A stretch of DNA of 64,000 nucleotides from Longimicrobiales bacterium. Lineage in GTDB: Bacteria; Gemmatimonadota; Gemmatimonadetes; Longimicrobiales; Gaopeijiaceae. The position numbers and the translations under genes were made by a program. The stretch covers positions 2,592,001-2,656,000 of the forward strand of contig CBDFIQ010000002.1 in NCBI GenBank assembly GCA_965248195.1. The letters run 5' to 3'. A model generated the notes under the pieces. That model did not search any database. It was given only the letters and a program-made list of their open reading frames with translations, and was not told where the DNA came from. Shown here piece after piece: positions 60,523 to 64,000 of this stretch; the stretch's first letter is position 1, and the number at the start of each line of letters is the position of its first letter.

Positions 60523-61305
60523 TCAGTTTTGGTCGTCGAGCCCGCCGCGACGGGTTTCGATGACGATCACTCCATCGGCGGACTCGCCATAGGCGACCGA
60601 TGCGGAGGGCCCGCGGAGGACTCGTATCGACCGAACCTGCCAGGCCGGGATCTCGTCCAGGATCTGCAGGCCTGGCGTTGTTCGTAGGGACAGCCCCGGC
60701 GGCCTGCTGGGGTTCAGCCGCGCCCCATCCAGGAAGATCGGTGGCTCTCGAGCCCCAGCGATGCTGCTGACTCCTCGAATCCGGACCTCGACTCCCCCCC
60801 CAAGGGCCCCCGTCCCGCGATCCACTCTGACCCCCGGAAGGCGGTAGGCCAGCAGGTCCGCCGCCGTCGCGCCCGAATCCGAATCGCTCGGGCCGACGGC
60901 ATCGAGGTCGGCTCGTGAACGCCTCGAACGGACACGGACGAGGACTTCGTCCAAGACCGCGGTGATTTGCGCGATGCTCAGCTGCAAGAAGGTGCCACCA
61001 CCTGGCACCACTTCAACCTGTTCAACGGTCGAGGAGTAACCCTCCCGCTGCACCCTGAGATGGACAACCCCCACAGGCAGCACCCCGAAGGAGAAGCTCC
61101 CATCCGCTGAGGTGACCTTGGTGCCGTCCTGGCCTGACACCGAAACGACCGCACCCTGTACAGGTTGCATGGTCCGGTCGTCGACGACGATCCCGTCGAA
61201 GCGACCCTCGTCTTGAGCCAGCGCGGGAGCCGGCCACATCGACGTGAGGAGTATCGCAACGGCGGTGAAGGCCGGCTTGGAGATCCTCCCTGGACTGATG
61301 AACAT
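60523..61305 (-). CDS. carboxypeptidase-regulatory-like domain plus TonB plug-like domain, no barrel
   Basis: Signal peptide, G.VVD..T..PV.GA.V, IRG.SS....PPIFLDG, I.VLRGPSA..YG..ADGVI.IETR. Confidence 0.82.
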   Translation of the reverse strand: MFISPGRISKPAFTAVAILLTSMWPAPALAQDEGRFDGIVVDDRTMQPVQGAVVSVSGQDGTKVTSADGSFSFGVLPVGVVHLRVQREGYSSTVEQVEVVPGGGTFLQLSIAQITAVLDEVLVRVRSRRSRADLDAVGPSDSDSGATAADLLAYRLPGVRVDRGTGALGGGVEVRIRGVSSIAGAREPPIFLDGARLNPSRPPGLSLRTTPGLQILDEIPAWQVRSIRVLRGPSASVAYGESADGVIVIETRRGGLDDQN

Positions 61306-61641
61306 GTGTCGCCTCTCGGGAATCGGGCACGCCGAACGACACCTGACTATTCCCCCCAGAGGTACCGAGGTTCCGCCACCGAACGAGCATCGTGGCGCAG
61401 CTTGGATACGGCCTCCACTGATCGGCCCGATGAGCTTTACTTTGACCTTGTGGAACGGGAACCAAGTCGGACAGGCGCGGGTTTTTCTAGAAGGGGACGG
61501 CCCACGGTACATCTGGAAGGGAGACCGTTAGGCTACTATTGCACGATTTACGGGACACCGAGCATTTGACCCGAGGATTTTGAGATCAGCGAACAATCGT
61601 GCGTACCAGACTCCAGCCCCGGATCTGACGAGGAGGGCTCC

Positions 61642-62769
61642 ATCGACGTACACACACTCTCAGACCGGACCAGGTTCGGTAGGGTCCTCCCCGCGGTGAC
61701 GTTGGGATTGCTCATGATCGCGTGTGAAGGGCCGCCGCCTTCCGGGCTCGCCGCTCCGGACTCGGACCCCGCTGAGCTCTTCTGCAACATTCCCTTGGAC
61801 CAGATCCACCAGGGGGCCTCCGGAAAGGACTTTATCCCGGCGCTCACGGACCCAGTGATGGCTGATGCAGGAACGCCTGGGGCCGCATACCTGGATTCTG
61901 AGGACCGGGTGATCGGCATCTTTATCGAGGGCCAACCATTCGCTGTTCCCCACCAAGTGCTTTGGTGGCACGAGATCATGAACCTGAACGTCGGTAGCAC
62001 CCACCTGGCCGTTACGTATTGTCCCCTGACCGGTTCAAGCATGGCTTTCGACCGCTCAGCGATCGAGGGTGCGGAGCTTGGAGTCTCGGGGCTGCTCTTT
62101 CAGAACAACCTGATGATGTATGACCGAAGGACCGAGGAGTCGTTTTGGCCCCAGATGCTCAGCGGAGCTCGGTGTGGGGCCGCCACGGGCACAGAGCTGC
62201 AGATGTTGCCTGTTGTAGAGATGACCTGGCAGGGGTGGACCGATCTCCATCCGGATACGAAGGTGCCTGCGCACGACCCCGGGAGCGGCCAGAACTTCGC
62301 CGCCTATGGGTATCCGTATGGGAACTACGAAGAGCCGGACAATTCGGGGCTCTTGTTCTCCCTGCCGTCGATCGACCCCCGAAGGCCACCGAAAGAGCGG
62401 GTGTTGGGTATCCCGCCCCGTGGCACTGTCGGAGGCATCGCCTTCCCGTTCGGCGAGTTAAACGCTCTGGGGAGCGTGGGCGCGGCGCAGGGGCCCCTCG
62501 GCGGTCGCTCGGTCGTGGTGTTTTGGGACGGATTGCGGCAGGGCGCGCTGGCATTCTATCCCAACGCGGAGAACCAGGAGCTCAGCTTCGAGACCAGCAA
62601 CGAAACGATCGTCGACTTGGAAACAGGGAGCACTTGGACGATCGAGGGACTGGCCGTAGAGGGGCCACTAGTGGGAACCCAACTCAAGCCGGTTGCCGAA
62701 GCGCACACTGCGTTCTGGTTTGCATGGGCGGCCTTCCACCCCGCAACCCAGCTCTGGGAAGTTGGATAG
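61642..62769 (+). CDS. DUF3179 family lipoprotein (track start GTG 61696; ATC 61642 fits the SD better)
   Basis: KD.IPAL..P, WHEIMN, TYCPLTGS, GVSGLL..NNL.MYDR.TE.SFWPQ, FWFAWAAFHP. Confidence 0.88.
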   Translation: MDVHTLSDRTRFGRVLPAVTLGLLMIACEGPPPSGLAAPDSDPAELFCNIPLDQIHQGASGKDFIPALTDPVMADAGTPGAAYLDSEDRVIGIFIEGQPFAVPHQVLWWHEIMNLNVGSTHLAVTYCPLTGSSMAFDRSAIEGAELGVSGLLFQNNLMMYDRRTEESFWPQMLSGARCGAATGTELQMLPVVEMTWQGWTDLHPDTKVPAHDPGSGQNFAAYGYPYGNYEEPDNSGLLFSLPSIDPRRPPKERVLGIPPRGTVGGIAFPFGELNALGSVGAAQGPLGGRSVVVFWDGLRQGALAFYPNAENQELSFETSNETIVDLETGSTWTIEGLAVEGPLVGTQLKPVAEAHTAFWFAWAAFHPATQLWEVG

Positions 62770-62780
62770 GGGGTCCTTGC

Positions 62781-64000
62781 TCAACGAGTGTCTCGGAAGA
62801 GACGGTCCGCGAGGGTGTTCAGCACTGGCGCGCCCAGCACGACTACAGCCATGCCTACCATCTCCACCGCGGACAATCCCGAGTCGCCGGCGCTGACGCT
62901 TGCGAGCGCGAACCCTGGAACGAAAACCGGAAGCGAGTAGAGGAGCGACTGTCGAAACCTTCCTATGGATCGATCTGTACTCCCTGCCCACCTGGCGGCG
63001 AGGCTTGCGGTCAGGGGTGGTAGGATGGCCGCAAGAACGCTCGTGCCAAGCAGCGGGGCGGCCCCACAGTAATCCTCCCCTCGGAAAAAAGTGCGGGTCT
63101 TGAGATCCATGCACCTGCTAAGCAAGGCTCCTGCGGCGGCAAGCCCGACTGCGTTCCCGAGGAACGCTGCTCCATAAACCTTGGCCCAAGGGTGCGGCTG
63201 TGCCTCGAGACTCCAGTCGAACTGGCCGGCGGACAGGGCGCTACGCCGCGCGACCGGGATGCCGTCCTCCGTGAAGAGCCCGCCGCGACGGGTTTCGAGA
63301 AGGATGACTCCCCACCCAGCATTCGCGCCGAATTGGCCACCCGCATCAGCGGGAGGGATGACTTGGATCCGTTCCAGCCCGTCGAGGGAAAACTGGGTCA
63401 AAAAGCTCAGCGGCTCCGGAACGACGCTCCCGTCCAGGCGAACCTCAGGAGGACGACATCGGCCGTCACCCCGCCGTGCACCGCGGAATTCGACACAGAG
63501 ATATGCGCCGACATCACCCCCGCCGGGCGTTCGCACCGAGATCCCCGCGACCGATCGTCTAAGGTAGTCCCCTAGAGTAACACCGCTCACCGCGGCCCGG
63601 GCAATCTCCTCCCGGGTTAGGATGTTTCGAGATGAAGGTGAGGCGCGTTCAGCACGCTCCCGCGCCCCGTCCGCATTCATCACCACAAGGAGAGCAGGGA
63701 GCTGGATCGCCGCCTGCGAGATGAAGATCTCGACCGCAGCAGTCCCCCGTCCTTCGAGCCGCAGTGGATGAAGGTGAGTGCCGTAGGCGAGGTGCTGCAC
63801 CTGCACCAGATACGCCCCTTCGGCGACTCCGTCGAAGGCGAATTCTCCGTCCGACCCCGTCAGGGCCTGGAGGCCGGCCGGACCGCTGCGGGATCCGTCT
63901 AGCTGCAGGAAATCGACCTGCGCGCTCGAGACCGGCTCGCCCGTGGCTCGGTCGACGATCCGGCCGGTGACGCCGTCGCTGACCTGGGCATCCGCGGGAA
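62781..64000 (-). CDS. carboxypeptidase-regulatory-like domain plus plug-like domain plus C-terminal membrane helices (5' end beyond window)
   Basis: Frame is open to the window edge (VTGRIVDRATGEPV); P.V.LDG, IQVIPP..AG..FG...GVILLETR; 3-4 TM helices. Confidence 0.8.
   Translation of the reverse strand, partial: PADAQVSDGVTGRIVDRATGEPVSSAQVDFLQLDGSRSGPAGLQALTGSDGEFAFDGVAEGAYLVQVQHLAYGTHLHPLRLEGRGTAAVEIFISQAAIQLPALLVVMNADGARERAERASPSSRNILTREEIARAAVSGVTLGDYLRRSVAGISVRTPGGGDVGAYLCVEFRGARRGDGRCRPPEVRLDGSVVPEPLSFLTQFSLDGLERIQVIPPADAGGQFGANAGWGVILLETRRGGLFTEDGIPVARRSALSAGQFDWSLEAQPHPWAKVYGAAFLGNAVGLAAAGALLSRCMDLKTRTFFRGEDYCGAAPLLGTSVLAAILPPLTASLAARWAGSTDRSIGRFRQSLLYSLPVFVPGFALASVSAGDSGLSAVEMVGMAVVVLGAPVLNTLADRLFRDTR

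Overview
GC-rich bacterial chromosome segment. Gene content and style suggest Gemmatimonadota/Longimicrobiales-like; this is an inference. The core is an amino-acid and respiration block: leuABCD converging on ilvC-ilvE-ilvD, an aldehyde (P5C-type) dehydrogenase, an aquaporin, thrABC, and two different complex II operons facing each other (E. coli-type frdABCD and a single-anchor sdhCAB). Both branched-chain operons carry unannotated ribosome-dependent attenuators: a Leu-rich or Val/Ile/Leu-rich leader peptide, an antiterminator and an intrinsic terminator. Further along are a sigma54-type minor type IV pilin cluster that appears damaged (FimT Glu5->Gly, PilW premature TGA) and a nested IS stack at 44.2-49.2 kb (IS3, IS91 fragment, IS21 remnant holding an IS256 holding a second IS256). 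Next come an AT-rich YeiH cargo island and a cluster of exported catabolic enzymes (penicillin-acylase family, acetamidase, diheme cytochrome c, PQQ dehydrogenase with a D-x-D lanthanide-type motif, Tat-exported DSD1 PLP enzyme). Plug-only TonB-receptor-like proteins lie at the right end. A second copy of the inner IS256 splits a sigma54-type-promoted lipoprotein gene at 3.1-4.5 kb. Two lipoprotein genes appear to start at ATA/ATC behind strong Shine-Dalgarno sites. No rRNA, tRNA or CRISPR array was seen.
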